Below, one piece after another: positions 1 through 13,514 of a stretch of 64,000 bases of DNA. Positions within the stretch are counted from its first letter, which is position 1, and every line of letters starts with the position of its first letter. Both the position numbers and the translations under genes were made by a program. The stretch covers positions 91,264,001-91,328,000 of the forward strand of contig NC_042999.1 in NCBI RefSeq assembly GCF_006345805.1, read 5' to 3'. Source of the stretch: Octopus sinensis (taxonomy: Eukaryota). The notes below the pieces were generated by a model. It saw nothing but the letters and a program-made list of their open reading frames with translations, was not told where the DNA came from and made no database searches.

Positions 1-42
1 TACATGTATATGCATATGTGTGTGTGTATGTCTAAATGTTTA

Positions 43-862
43 CGAGATACATCCTAGAAGTTTTGAGATTTTTTTTAGGAGAGACAACTATATCTGTCGT
101 AGATTTTTGTAATTTTAGTATATCATTACTATACATCTAATAAGTCGACCTGCCAACTTTTGCTATTCCAGATGAAGGAGACAGGTGCAACAGCACTTTC
201 AAAGCACCATGTTAAACATTACTTGTCACAACTGACTAATTTGCAGAATACAATCGGTAAGTGAAGGGAGGTTGGAAGCTCACTATGCAATAACGTTTTA
301 CGTTAAATAGCGCAAAAACGCCACAGAAACCTATAAAATGCTTCAGGATGCTTATGGATTAATTTGTATGAACCAAGTATGTCTTTCGCTGGCACAAGAG
401 TCCCGGCAAAGCAAATCCACTGGTAGTTAGGGCATTATCTACATCCACCGGGTTCTTTCTGACCAGAGGTCAACAAAGAGTTCTTTGTGGACATTATGAT
501 GGAGTTCAGGAAGAGATTTAGCCACAAAAAGGCTCTAGCACCTGCGCCAATACCATGTACAATATACCAGTCTACAATTCCATCCTGGTATCCAAGTACA
601 GGACAGAGATGGGTGTCAAAAGTGTCCCTCGCTCTCCCTTCAATCCAGCCCTTGTTTCCTTTGATTTTTTTTTTTGCCAAGCTGAAAGAGAAGATGAAAG
701 GGGTGTGATAAGGGTTCTGAACACCTAATTTTGGAGAGCACACATGGGGCCTTCATGAAGTGGTTGGAGCGCTATAATAGGTGCACTGAAGTCAGGGGAT
801 CCTACTTTGAAGAAATGAATAAATATCTCGCCTGAAAAAGTCTCAAAACTTCTAGAAAGCAC
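43..862 (+). mobile_element. Decayed, internally deleted mariner-type DNA transposon
   Basis: Imperfect TIRs (cctagaagttttgaga ~53-68 vs tctcaaaacttctag 841-855). N-terminal HTH remnant YAITFYVK*RKNATETYKMLQDAYG..VFRWHK at ~281-400. C-terminal remnant FFAKLKEKMKG..AFMKWLERYNRCTEVRGSYFEE at ~670-815. Confidence 0.8.
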
Positions 863-1365
863 ATTGCACACACACACGTGCATGCGAATGTGTATGAGTT
901 TGTGTGTGGTTACTCTAGCTAGTACATCACATCTAGTTATCCAAAATTCACGTCCACTATTACCAAACAGGATTAGTGCAATGCGAATCTAGTCTGTGCG
1001 AATCAAAATATAAATTTAGGTTTGATCACAGTGTAATGAAGTAAACATATATCTTCCATCGGTTTTCAAAATTGAATATTCCAAATGTTAAATCGTTTTA
1101 GATGATGCTGTCATTTCAGTGATTCACTGCTTAACAATATTTAAAACAGATGATTGTTACGTCAAAGTAATTTGGATGCAGAATCAGCATAACATTATTT
1201 GTGAGAAAATTCGCTTCTTCAATTACAGATAGAAATTATCCATTGGCGGTTTCAAAGCAATGGTTGGAAAATATCTGTTCAGGATGCCGCATAGTGGAAG
1301 CTAACTCAGGACATTATTATTGAAAAGTAAAATTGTTTAATCAATCGACCTTTCTGTGTTCTAAA

Positions 1366-1391
1366 CATGCACACACACACACACACACTCT

Positions 1392-1465
<74 letters not shown>

Positions 1466-1480
1466 TACACACACACAAAC
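1366..1480. repeat. Compound (CA)n-(CT)n-(CA)n microsatellite
   Basis: Direct reading. Confidence 0.95.
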
Positions 1481-1739
1481 ACAGTCGAGATAAATTTCTA
1501 TGCAAGCAGTCATAGTGTTAACATGAGCAGGTCTTCCTCGCACGCTAAACTGGACGTTTTTTCCGAATTCTTTTTCTGTTTTCTTTTTCTTTCATTAGTT
1601 CTAACTTGTTATTCATCACTTTTATTCACCTATTTTCCATTCTTTGGCCTCTTCTACATTCGTCTGCGAACTGTTTCAAAGCAAATACTATTTAAACTTT
1701 GTTCCTAATGTAATACAAAATCATGTACATGCATATATG

Positions 1740-1763
1740 CTTAATACATATATACATATGTAT

Positions 1764-1840
<77 letters not shown>

Positions 1841-1942
1841 GATATACATATATAAAGTGCGTGTGTATGTATGTATATATATATATATATATATAATATA
1901 TATATATATAATAGATATACATATATAAAGTGCGTGTGTATG

Positions 1943-1984
<42 letters not shown>

Positions 1985-2075
1985 ATACATATATAAAGTG
2001 TGTGTGTATGTATGTATATATATATATATGTATGTATGTATGCATGCATGTATGTATGTATGTTTTTTTTGTATA
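1740..2075. repeat. (TA)n/(TATG)n tract with three ~70-bp higher-order units
   Basis: gatatacatatataaagtg(c/t)gtgtgtatgtatgt recurs at 1841, 1914 and 1982, each followed by variable (AT)n. Confidence 0.9.
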
Positions 2076-4310
2076 CATACGACCCCAACAGCACAGTTCT
2101 TGTTATCAGTTTTTAATTGCTAATTGACAAACAATGTTACTTGTAAAAAATGCTTCGTTGGAAAACCACCAAACCGTAAGGCTTAACGGCAGCCAACTTT
2201 TAAAGTTATGTGAGAAGACAATGCTTTTGTGAACTGAATTTTTTCAACAATTTATTTGCCTACTATTAAAGTGTTAGTTGATTTTTCCAATAATGACGTT
2301 AAGATGTTTTGGTGTTTCCAATACAAAAATACGCTTTTGGAATTCTTCCTACAATTCTTATTACATTATTGAAAATTTCTCTTTCTAACAAAGCACAACA
2401 ATGGTTTTTGCTTTTTGTTATTTTGTTTAAGAGTTTGGTCAGGGCAATGGTCAATTGATTTAGCTAGTTTATGGCATCATTAATATTTGAACTTCCAGTT
2501 TACACTTCGAAAGAACTGACTATTTTATTTAATAATATAAGAATGTTATAGATTAAATCATGTTGCTGTTGTTATTAGTTCCACATGAACTACATTTGAA
2601 CTAACCATTCAACCGTGACTATTACATCGTTCCAGAAGTATGTGAAACAACATTATCAGGTGTAACTTTTCTAATTTCAGATGTTAATGCATGATTTAAG
2701 GGATATTTGGCAGCTGTTTTTAATAGATCTAGCGACAACATTGATGTATGCATGTATAAGTATAACGTGTGTATAGAGTATATATAATCTCATCTACAGT
2801 CGTCTTACCTCATTTAACAAAACTAAGGTTGTCTGAAACATGTAAAGTGTCCAGATTTAAAGTGTCGGTAATACATATAATGTCATTAAGGTTACAATAT
2901 ATTTGTCTCGCTATAAATTTGACAGTCAGTTAACCAGAAGATAGAGTTCATTATTGTATACAGAAGGAGCACTCGATTATGTATAACTAATAAACAGGGT
3001 AGATGAGAGCGGAAATTCTCTAGAAAAATTAATATCCATCTAAACACCTCGTATATACAGTAATTGAAATGATGAATCCACCTTTCATGATATTCAGTCA
3101 CTAGGCTTTGCCCAATAGCTAATGGGAATATATCCATCAGTTAATACATGTTAAAGAAACACTAACCAGTTATAATGTTCTTTCTTACTTACAATAATGA
3201 TGTGTGTATATATTCCAGACAGAATAACTGGGCTAACTCAAACATACATATTTACAGAGTGAGGAACTAAGCCAATGAAAAGTTATTTTTGTTTATATTG
3301 GGCTTAGGTCAGCACAAGTTACAAGGTACAAATTGTGCATCATTTCGTGTCGATATTCTGACTAACTGTAATCACAGTCAACTATCAAGTACGATCTTAT
3401 GGCAAGATTTTTAATACACATCTACTGCAGTTATTATTCCTTTCTAACTATAACTAGTGCCACTCATGTTAAGACATCGGTCATCGTACGTTTTTTTTTT
3501 TGTATCATTATCAGCGTGTATGATTTCCAAATGACTAGTTTCTTTGTTCCTACTGAAATTCATTTACTCTTTTGTGAATCTCCAAACTAATTTTTCATCC
3601 AGCATATGTTTTTGTCTCGTCGATCCCACAATGAGACATTCCCTCCTAAATAAGAGGTTAAACTCTCACATGTAAGATTTTCAAATTGATGTGATACTTC
3701 TGATCATGATGTGAACTGAGATAATGTGAAAGAAAGTTGTTTCTTTTTTCTGTATCAGAAATAGATCGGATCACTGAGCTCCATGAGTAGGAAATCCGTT
3801 TCGTTGTTCATTCAGCCATCTCACTTCAACAAATCATATATAATATAAATAATTTTACTATAAAAATCTCTCTTTAAACTCTTTTGTTCCTTTCTTAATG
3901 TCTATAGGAACTTCGTAGATAAAACTTTCAGTTTTCACCTGTTCTCTATCTTATCTCACCAAACTTTATTATACTTAGAGTAATGACGGCAAGTGTAGGA
4001 TAGACCTCTTCATGTCCATCAATTAAATTGAATACTTTCGCTCTTATCCGAAAGTAAAGTTTGTAGCAATGATAAATTCTTATATGTATAATATCTTTAT
4101 CCAGTTTCTGTGAGGAAAGAATACTATTTCTATTTCTGGACTGGTTCCAACTTCCTGTTTGCGAAAGTGGCTTGGGAATTTTCCTTTTAACATCACACAA
4201 AGATTTTTCTTTTATTGCAATCAATAAGCACAAAACTACGCATAGTGAATTAGTAATACATTTTCTATTGATTAGGAATTTACGGCAAAACACGCGGAAA
4301 ACGCACATAC

Positions 4311-4312
4311 AT

Positions 4313-4364
<52 letters not shown>

Positions 4365-4385
4365 ACACACCATCACCACCACCAC
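4311..4385. repeat. (CA)n / (CAC)n microsatellite
   Basis: Direct reading. Confidence 0.95.
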
Positions 4386-4797
4386 CTTCCAAACGTTCTG
4401 ATACAAACACAAACAAGAGCTACGCACAAATACATAAACATACACATAGACATACTTATTTATTCATGCACACAATCACATTCACAAACAAAGATATAAT
4501 GGCTTTGAATGTTATAAACATGATGTGAAGATTCCTAGACTCACTGTTGCTGGACTTAGCATCGTCAACTTGAATTTGGAGTTCGGTTTCTGTTTGCGTC
4601 AACTTGCCTTTCATTTCTCAATAGCTGTTAGAATAAGTATCAGTTATATACTGGATTTCATCCAGTCTGTCATAGCAAAAGATGCTGTTATGTTTTCAGT
4701 AATCAGTTAAGATACGACGCCGACTAGAATAGGGACACGTCCTTACTGAAAATCAGATTGCACACCTCCAAATGACCGCGTAGAAAGAATAAAACTA

Positions 4798-5360
4798 CGA
4801 GGGTGAGTCAAAACGTAATGTCATTTTGTTTAGGACAGGTATAATTACCATCTCAGGAACATGTATCATACATCAAAATGAAGTTGGTCCTCTGTGGATC
4901 ACATCCTTACTTCTCAACATAGTCACCGTTTCTCTCAATAGCAATGTTCCATCTTCGAATGAGAGTATGTATCCCTGCCCCGTAAAATTCTGTTGACTAT
5001 TCTTTGAGCCACTTCCCTACAGTTTTCGCTTCCTCGACACTGGAATAATGTTTGCCTCTCAAACCCTCTTTCATGGGGCCGAAGAGATGATAGCCTGAAG
5101 GCGCTAAATCTGGTGACGAGGAAGTGAAAACTGTCGTGAAGAAGTGGCTCAAAGAACAGTCAACAGAATTTTACGGGGCAGGGATACATGCTCTCATTCG
5201 AAGGTGGAACATTTGCTATTGAGAGAAACGGTGACTATGTTGAGAAGTAGGGATATGATCCACAGAGGACCAGCTTCATTTTGATGTATGATACCATGTT
5301 CCTGTGTTGGTAGTTATTCCTGTCCTAAACAAAATGGCATTACCTTTTGACTCACCCTCG
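4798..5360. mobile_element. Palindromic mariner-derived MITE (two transposase 3' ends, TIRs outward)
   Basis: TA on both sides (4796-97, 5361-62). Arms ~4798-5038 and ~5115-5360 are reverse complements. Right arm encodes DEEVKTVVKKWLKEQSTEFYGAGIHALIRRWN..IERNGDYVEK*. Spacer on minus encodes PDLAPSGYHLFGPMKEGLRGKHYSS. Confidence 0.92.
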
Positions 5361-6508
5361 TACAATATTAACTTTTACTCATTCAATGAATTAGAAAAGT
5401 TACTTCATAAAAGGTACTTAGTTTCTTTTGATTTTTGATAAACAAAAATATGCAGGGAGTGCATAAGTGGTCTAAAAATGGTGCTGTAGTGGCCACAATA
5501 CAAGTTCAATTCCGCAATTGGGAGTTAAAATATCAAAACTCATTCAACCCAACTCATTTTGAGATTTCAAACTTCTGGAAAAAACGCATTTATGAAAGGT
5601 ATTGTTCGGATAAGTTTGGTGATACAACTTTTACTATTTCGGAATGTAGTAGCTGGTTGACTGCTACCACTGAAGATATTTGATGTTATCAACGTTAGTA
5701 TGACACTGGTATTTATTTTGCGATATAAAAAGATAAAAGTTAAGTTGAATTAAGCAAATTTTGAAATGACTGTGTTGAGAGGTGACACTAGACTAAAAAC
5801 TAAAGAAAGATAAAGGCAGTCTTTTCCTGGAACAGAGTTATATTTCATGGATTCCAACTATATATAGCATATTACTGGCACTTATTTAAATTATACTAAA
5901 ACATAGATGAGTTAAAGGAAAAAATTGGCAGAATTTCAACTGAAGGTACTTAGTTTCTTTTGATTTTTGACAAATAAAGGAAACAATAAGACACTGAGGC
6001 TCTTCTTTTTCTCTCACGTCATTGTCTTCTTTATTTGAGCACATTAATCCCTTATTTTTGTATAAGGTCACAAAATTCTAAAGGGGAATGCAGTCAGTCT
6101 AGTTTATAATTGAGACATATCTTAGTAATTCCGATGGTGTGAATAAAAATCAATCATGGCGGGATTTGAACTCAGAACATAAAGAAACAAATTAAATATT
6201 GACTTATAATAAAGGTACACGGTGGCAAAGTTAGAAGAAAGGAACAATCACATAATGTGAACTTGAGTGAGAACCAACAGGATGAAAATCAGTAGAGGTA
6301 CGATTTAAACTTATAACCTAAACGGACGTAAGGCAAGGAACCTAAAAGGACGTCCGACATCATACCGTTTTAAAGTAAGCATAAATTGGTAATATCGTTT
6401 GATTGTAGACCTTCTGTCTTGTTCTATTGTAGGTAGATATTTATTAGGACATTTATAGTAGAATATATTTTGGAAGAAATTGTTTTCTATAAAAATTGCA
6501 GCGTAAGT

Positions 6509-6625
6509 GTTTATAAGCTATTTAAAAACACACAAAAACCATTAGATTCACTTCAACATTTAAATTAAATTTAAATGTTGAAGTGAATCTAACGGTTTTT
6601 GTGTGTTTTTAAATGGCTTATAAAC
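6509..6625. repeat. Near-perfect 117-bp palindrome (57-bp arms)
   Basis: gtttataagctatttaaaaacacacaaaaaccattagattcacttcaacatttaaat - taa - reverse complement with 2 mismatches. Confidence 0.95.
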
Positions 6626-7394
6626 ATCTTCCATACCGCAATTGTTTTTGTTTCAGCATACGCTTTCAAATCAGGTCACTTGCTATGCAAGTACATCTCT
6701 GTTTTATATAACTGTCTATAAATTAAATAGATTTCCAAATTTATACTATGAAAGTAGGATGTACTACTTATGTACCATTAATTTCACATACCCTGGTAAT
6801 AATCAAACTTCCCTTTAACTAAAGAAGCACTTTATTATTTAATATTTTTTACTCATAATGAAATCTAATTTCTTGTTCCTCTGAGCAATATGTCTATGGT
6901 CCTTTTCTTCTTTTTCTCTTCCGAAACTTTAAAAATAGAAAAGTTCTCATGACTTGACAGTTTTATAACACGCTGTCTGAAGACCATAAATTAGCTTCCA
7001 TGACACTAAAACTAACAGACTGGCAATCGGTCAGACTTTTATATTAAGCTATCACATCTGATAAGGCACATTATAATAAGTATGACGTCGATATATTCTC
7101 CAATCTATTATATAGATTCTCCTTTTTCTATTTGTAAGCTCTCTCCATGGCAGTAGAAGTTTATCCCGAACACTTATATGCTCCACAAAAAGAGTATGCC
7201 AATAGCACAGATGACACAATAGGTTTCGTTTTCATTAAACGGCACTTAGACTTCAAATAGTCTGATCAGCCCAATTAAAAAATAAAAACGAGGAAAAAGC
7301 AACATGAACGGCCGTAGTTACAAAGATTCGAAGTATTTATCATGTTTAACATTTCACCAATGCCCCGATCTAAATTTTGTTCGGAAAAGCCGTT

Positions 7395-7441
<47 letters not shown>

Positions 7442-7442
<1 letters not shown>

Positions 7443-7657
7443 GAGGAAGTACTGAAAAATTCCGGGCTGTGGACATAAGAAAGTACAGGAAGACTAGTTA
7501 ATTATGATTTTATACAACGTATTCACCTCTCAGATTCACACACTTATTGCAGTGGTCCTTCAGTTTTTTTAAGCCATGTAAAAAAGCTCGAAAGTTTGGG
7601 CCAACAGCCAGGTCTTTCGTGATACCCTTAAAGCCAGGAACGTTTCAGCACTCCTTC

Positions 7658-7658
<1 letters not shown>
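7442..7658. mobile_element. Mariner-type MITE (~217 bp), copy 1, within (TA)n
   Basis: TIR cgaggaagtactgaaaaattcc / ggaacgtttcagcactccttcg. Internal cctctcagattcacacacttattgcag is shared with 55625-55839. Confidence 0.8.
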
Positions 7659-7738
<80 letters not shown>

Positions 7739-7956
7739 TATATAAGGATAAGATCGTTATTTAAATACCGATCTTATGAGGTGGCAAGCATGGGAATAAA
7801 ATCCTTCAAAGGTAAAAATTATTATTAAAATTATAATTTTAAATGTTCATACAGGACCCGAAGAGAAGACCTTCTCTCCTGGTGCTCTATGAACATTTAA
7901 TGTGGTTTTAGAGTCAAGTTTTGGCTGCTATTTCTAGCGTGGTGGTATCTCTCAGA

Positions 7957-7960
<4 letters not shown>

Positions 7961-8048
<88 letters not shown>

Positions 8049-8069
8049 ATATATACATATCTATCTATC

Positions 8070-8105
<36 letters not shown>

Positions 8106-8165
8106 CTCTGTGTGTGTGCGAGTGCGTGCGTGCGCGTGCGGCTACGACCATATATATATATATGT
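7961..8165. repeat. Compound (TA)n/(TG)n microsatellite
   Basis: Direct reading. Confidence 0.9.
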
Positions 8166-8757
8166 ATATAATATACTGTAAAAAGTTTCTCTTTTAAGCA
8201 GGTTATTGAAATTAGGCCAATGTTTTAGTTGCAGTATTATTGCAGATCATTGTTTCGTTTGGAACAATACAGGGAAATACATTGCATCAGGGTAAACGGG
8301 CAAATGCTTTACCGAGATTTCGTTCAACAGAGCGCACTATTTACATAATCTATTATCCCCAAGCAGAACAAAACATCCAGTCATAAACTAATATTACGAA
8401 CAAGTAGACGTTGGAAAAACACAAAAATTTAAAGTTTCCTTATCAACCACAAACCACTGAGTGAAAAGTCTGTGAATAAACTTTATATCATTAATGCAAT
8501 ATTTACATTAAGTCAACTGAAATCATGGAAGTTGTTAACTTTCTAATTAGTTGATAATACGTCTGCAACGCTGTGACATTATATCGCATATCACTATACA
8601 AACCGGATAGGAAAATATATTGATTGGATGCACAAGTATACTTTATACAATAGTTACGTTATTCTTTATATATTTAGTGTAGGGAACATTGAAAGGGTAA
8701 CCACAAATGATTATGCGATAGGGGAAAAATAATCAATGATCAATGTTTTTTCCGCCC

Positions 8758-8851
8758 CTACTTTTCGCACAGTTTCCAGTGTAGCACTTTCGCTACCTGA
8801 CCGTGTCGCCACAACTTGTAGTGGCATTCTTTCGTGATATACGTAATGGTT

Positions 8852-8852
<1 letters not shown>
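8758..8852 (-). mobile_element. R4/Dong-type LINE fragment (zinc-knuckle region)
   Basis: ETITYITKECHYKLWRHGQVAKVLHWKLCEK matches the E-T-x-x-H-I-x-S-x-C...RHD...HW motif that precedes the RLE domain. Confidence 0.7.

Positions 8853-8854
<2 letters not shown>

Positions 8855-8917
<63 letters not shown>
8855..8917. repeat. (ATT)n microsatellite
   Basis: Direct reading. Confidence 0.97.
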
Positions 8918-8918
<1 letters not shown>

Positions 8919-9885
8919 CCCATGCTTTCACTGCACTACTGAGCGCAGTTCTCTGTACCTTGAGCATATGCTGTAGTTTTGTTGTGATGCTGTTAATTTT
9001 ACTATATTGAAAGTGTTTTACATAGGGTGTGTACAGTACCTAGTAGTGTTATTTTCTGTATCTATATATACTTGTTAGTCCTGGCATTTTTGTTATGTAT
9101 TTGTCTGAATGCAATTTTATTGTACCTAATACGCCTACTATAATAGGAATTATTTCTGTTTTTAGACTCCACATTCGATTTACCTCTATTTCCCGTCTTT
9201 GTATTTTGAAAGCTTCATTTCTTTTAGAGAAAGGTTGTCATCTGTTGGTATTGATACATCAATTACATCATTTGGGCTTTTAAAGTCAGTTGCCTGGCAC
9301 TTTCTATTCTCTTTATCTACTGCTACTAAATTAAGCCTTCTAGCTGCCATTACTCTATCAGTCTGAATGTTAAAGTCCCATAGCATCTTATATTTCTTAC
9401 TTTCTAGTACTTTACTAGGTTCCTGTTCATGCCATGTATCAGTATGGTCAAATCCTAGTTTTCTACATAATTCCAGTGGATTACTCTCCCTTGGTTGTCA
9501 TGCCTTTTCTTGTATTCCTACTGTGCCACCATGTTACATTCACATATTATATGAGTAACACCTCTCTTTTGAATAGCATAACCTTCATTGGGAATCTACT
9601 TGGATTTTGTCTCTCTCTTGGCTTTTATCCAATCAGTCCTTAATGCTTTATCTTGTGCTGCTACTAACAAACTTTCTGTCTCCCTTTTCAACCTTCATTT
9701 CTGCAACCATAATTATGTCTCACTACTACTATTTGCTGCAACTGTCTTTGGGAATCTACCATGCAAAGCCTTCTCCTACCAGTTAGATAATATTTTTCCT
9801 TTTCTCTGGATTTTAACATCGTTTGGCTTTTTTGGTTTCCCCATGTCTTCTTGTGACTCTAGTAGCTCTTAAGCTTTCTTCACCT
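8918..9885 (-). mobile_element. 5'-truncated R4/Dong-type LINE (RLE domain + 3' UTR), decayed
   Basis: KALHGRFPKT and MLWDFNIQTDRVMAARR..IDVSIPTDDNLSLKEMKLSKYKD. 3' end runs into (TAA)n. Confidence 0.85.
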
Positions 9886-9904
9886 ATTATTATTATTATC
9901 ATAG

Positions 9905-10510
9905 ACGTCGCGCAGTATACAATATCTTGGGGTTGTTGATTGAAGATATTGCTTGTGCCGTGGGGTAGTACTGTTTGTCAAGTCACAACAAGGACCTCAG
10001 ACAGACAGTACTTTACACAATATGCGTGCAGTTCCAAGTAATGCCAACGTTTGAAATACTTCTAGATTGTAGGGTATCTCCAAGGTTTTCAGATGATTTT
10101 TTCAGATTGGGTGGTATTGAACCCAATGCTCCGATGTCATTAGGGATAACCTTTATGTTTGACTCTCGTAGCTCCCACATCTTAGCTATCTCAATTTTCA
10201 GGTCTCCATATTTATCAACTTTTTCTCTTTCTTTCGTGCTGATATGTTGATCACCTGGTACTGCTTCGTCGATTATTAGGCACTCTTGTTTGTCCCTCCT
10301 AAAGGTTACTATATATGGCCTTATGTGCTCTAACACTTTGTCTGTCTGGAAATCAAAGCCCCAGAGGATTTTTGCCTTCTTTTTTCGTCCATTACATTTT
10401 CTGGTGTATGTTGGTGCCAAACACCCGCAACCTCATATCCATACGGCATAGTAGCCAATGGAGGTTTGGGGCTACTTTGTCGTGTCTACGCTTTTACTCT
10501 TTCTGCGCAA
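9905..10510 (-). mobile_element. 5'-truncated R4/Dong-type LINE, second subfamily
   Basis: ILWGFDFQTDKVLEHIRPYIV..CLIIDEAVPGDQHISTKEREKVDKYGDLKIEIAKMW..DIGALGSIP (ORF 10013-10420). Flanked by (ATT)n. Confidence 0.88.
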
Positions 10511-10536
10511 GACTTTCACAAGCACTAACAATGTGA

Positions 10537-10580
10537 GCCACACTTTCGACTCTCTATCATTATCATTATTATTATTATTA

Positions 10581-10632
<52 letters not shown>

Positions 10633-10706
10633 CATTATTATCATTATTATTATTATCATTATTATCATTATTATTATCATTATTACCATCATCATTGCTA
10701 TTATTC
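10537..10706. repeat. (ATT/ATC)n microsatellite
   Basis: Direct reading. Confidence 0.95.
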
Positions 10707-10794
10707 AGTAGTTTCATTTTTATCACGTGCTTTCACTGCACTACCGAGCGCAGCTCTGTGTGCTTTGGGTATGTGCTGTGGTTTGTTATGGTGC

Positions 10795-10795
<1 letters not shown>
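10705..10795 (-). mobile_element. Very short 3'-UTR-only copy of the Dong-type LINE
   Basis: cagtagtttcatttttatcacgtgctttcactgcactaccgag..gggtatgtgctgtg nearly matches 10916-10985 and 8920-8985. Confidence 0.8.
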
Positions 10796-12033
<1,238 letters not shown>

Positions 12034-12081
<48 letters not shown>

Positions 12082-12108
12082 GAGCTAATAATAATAATAA
12101 TAATAATA

Positions 12109-12150
<42 letters not shown>

Positions 12151-12162
12151 TAATAATGATAA
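12034..12162. repeat. (ATT)n-gagc-(TAA)n inverted microsatellite junction
   Basis: ATT run 12034-12081, gagc, TAA run 12086-12162. Confidence 0.95.
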
Positions 12163-12189
12163 TCAGTGCGTCAGACAAAATGTATAATG

Positions 12190-12290
12190 GCATTTCTTCC
12201 TACTCATTTACATTCTGAGTTCCGCCGAAGTCGACTTTAACATTTTTCCTTTCGTGGTCAATAAAATAAGTACCAGTTATTGACTTTTTC
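12190..12290 (+). mobile_element. SINE family A, partial
   Basis: ctgagttccgccgaagtcgacttt..ataagtaccagtt matches 60654-60880. Confidence 0.6.
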
Positions 12291-13475
12291 TCTCCTTTAA
12301 AATTGCTGATCTTATGCCAGAATTTAAAATCCTTCATATAATTATTAACAATGTTGATTAATCAAATATTTATTCAATATATTTGACAATATGTGCTTAG
12401 ACTCCACAAGACCGTCCTTTAATTATAGTTAGACTATATAAAGAAGTTGTTTCTTTTAACATCTATTTTTTTTTCACTAAGAAATATTTTGTTATCTAGA
12501 TAACAAAAATTGCAATGCTGGTTGGCAACTTACCAGTAGTTCGAATATATTGATACCTCAGGGTTTCAATCAATAAAACTGACCGATATTAACAATACAA
12601 AATATAATTGAAGAACGGGATCAAAACAATGGGGAAGGAAAAAGTGAAAGGAAAAAAATGAAAGAATCGAAAGTTGTTCTATTTAAGGTGAAGTGATTTT
12701 ACTGAGGAAACAGAAGGAAAGAAAGGGGAAAAGAGAATCGGATTGCAACGGCTATGTGAAGAAACAGTGACAGTGAAAGGGGTAGAGAGATAGGAAGGGA
12801 GGGAGAGAGATAGACAGGGACAGAGAGGACAGACTAACAAGTAGTGAAAGAGTAGAATCTGAAGAAGCAAGCCACGGTCAGCAAACGCTGTCCAGACAGG
12901 GTGTGTGAGATGATGTAACGGGGAGAGCGAGAGGAAGAAAGAGATGGAGCGAGCAAGCGAGAAAAAGAGGGAGAGAGAGACAGACAGGGCAAATAAAGCC
13001 TCTTAAAAGTGCGAAAGAAAGAAGGCCAGATATGAAGTCGACCTGAAAGACAGAAAAAGAGATAGAGAGGATTGGAGAGAAGTACGATGAACTTGAGAAA
13101 TGAAAATAAGTGGGTGGGTGTGAGGATGATTTGATAAAGGAAGGAGGTAAATTGGTGCGATTTCCTTCAAATTTTTGGTAAATTATATATGGAGAGACTA
13201 TTGATTGAGGGGTATTTTAGATAAGAGTATTGTATAGTACGGGAGCGGTTATGTCAGTGGAGAGAGCAGAAGGAAGTTAGAGGCAAAGAGAAAATATAAG
13301 TGAAAGAAAGGATAGAGATTAGAAGGGAAACGGAAGGATGCATTAAATAGGGAGGAGAGAAAGAAAAAGTCAAAGAGAAAGAAAAGGAGTGAGTAAAGGA
13401 AGATCAGAAAGATGAATAAGGGATAAATAGAATTGAAGGAAATTTAATTGGAAAAAGGAGAAAAAGAGTTGTCTT

Positions 13476-13514
<39 letters not shown>

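Noticed and set aside
2892-4416. Minus-strand ORFs 2892-3137 and 3946-4416 as host exons
   Set aside because: No recognisable domain or convincing splice context; lengths are compatible with chance
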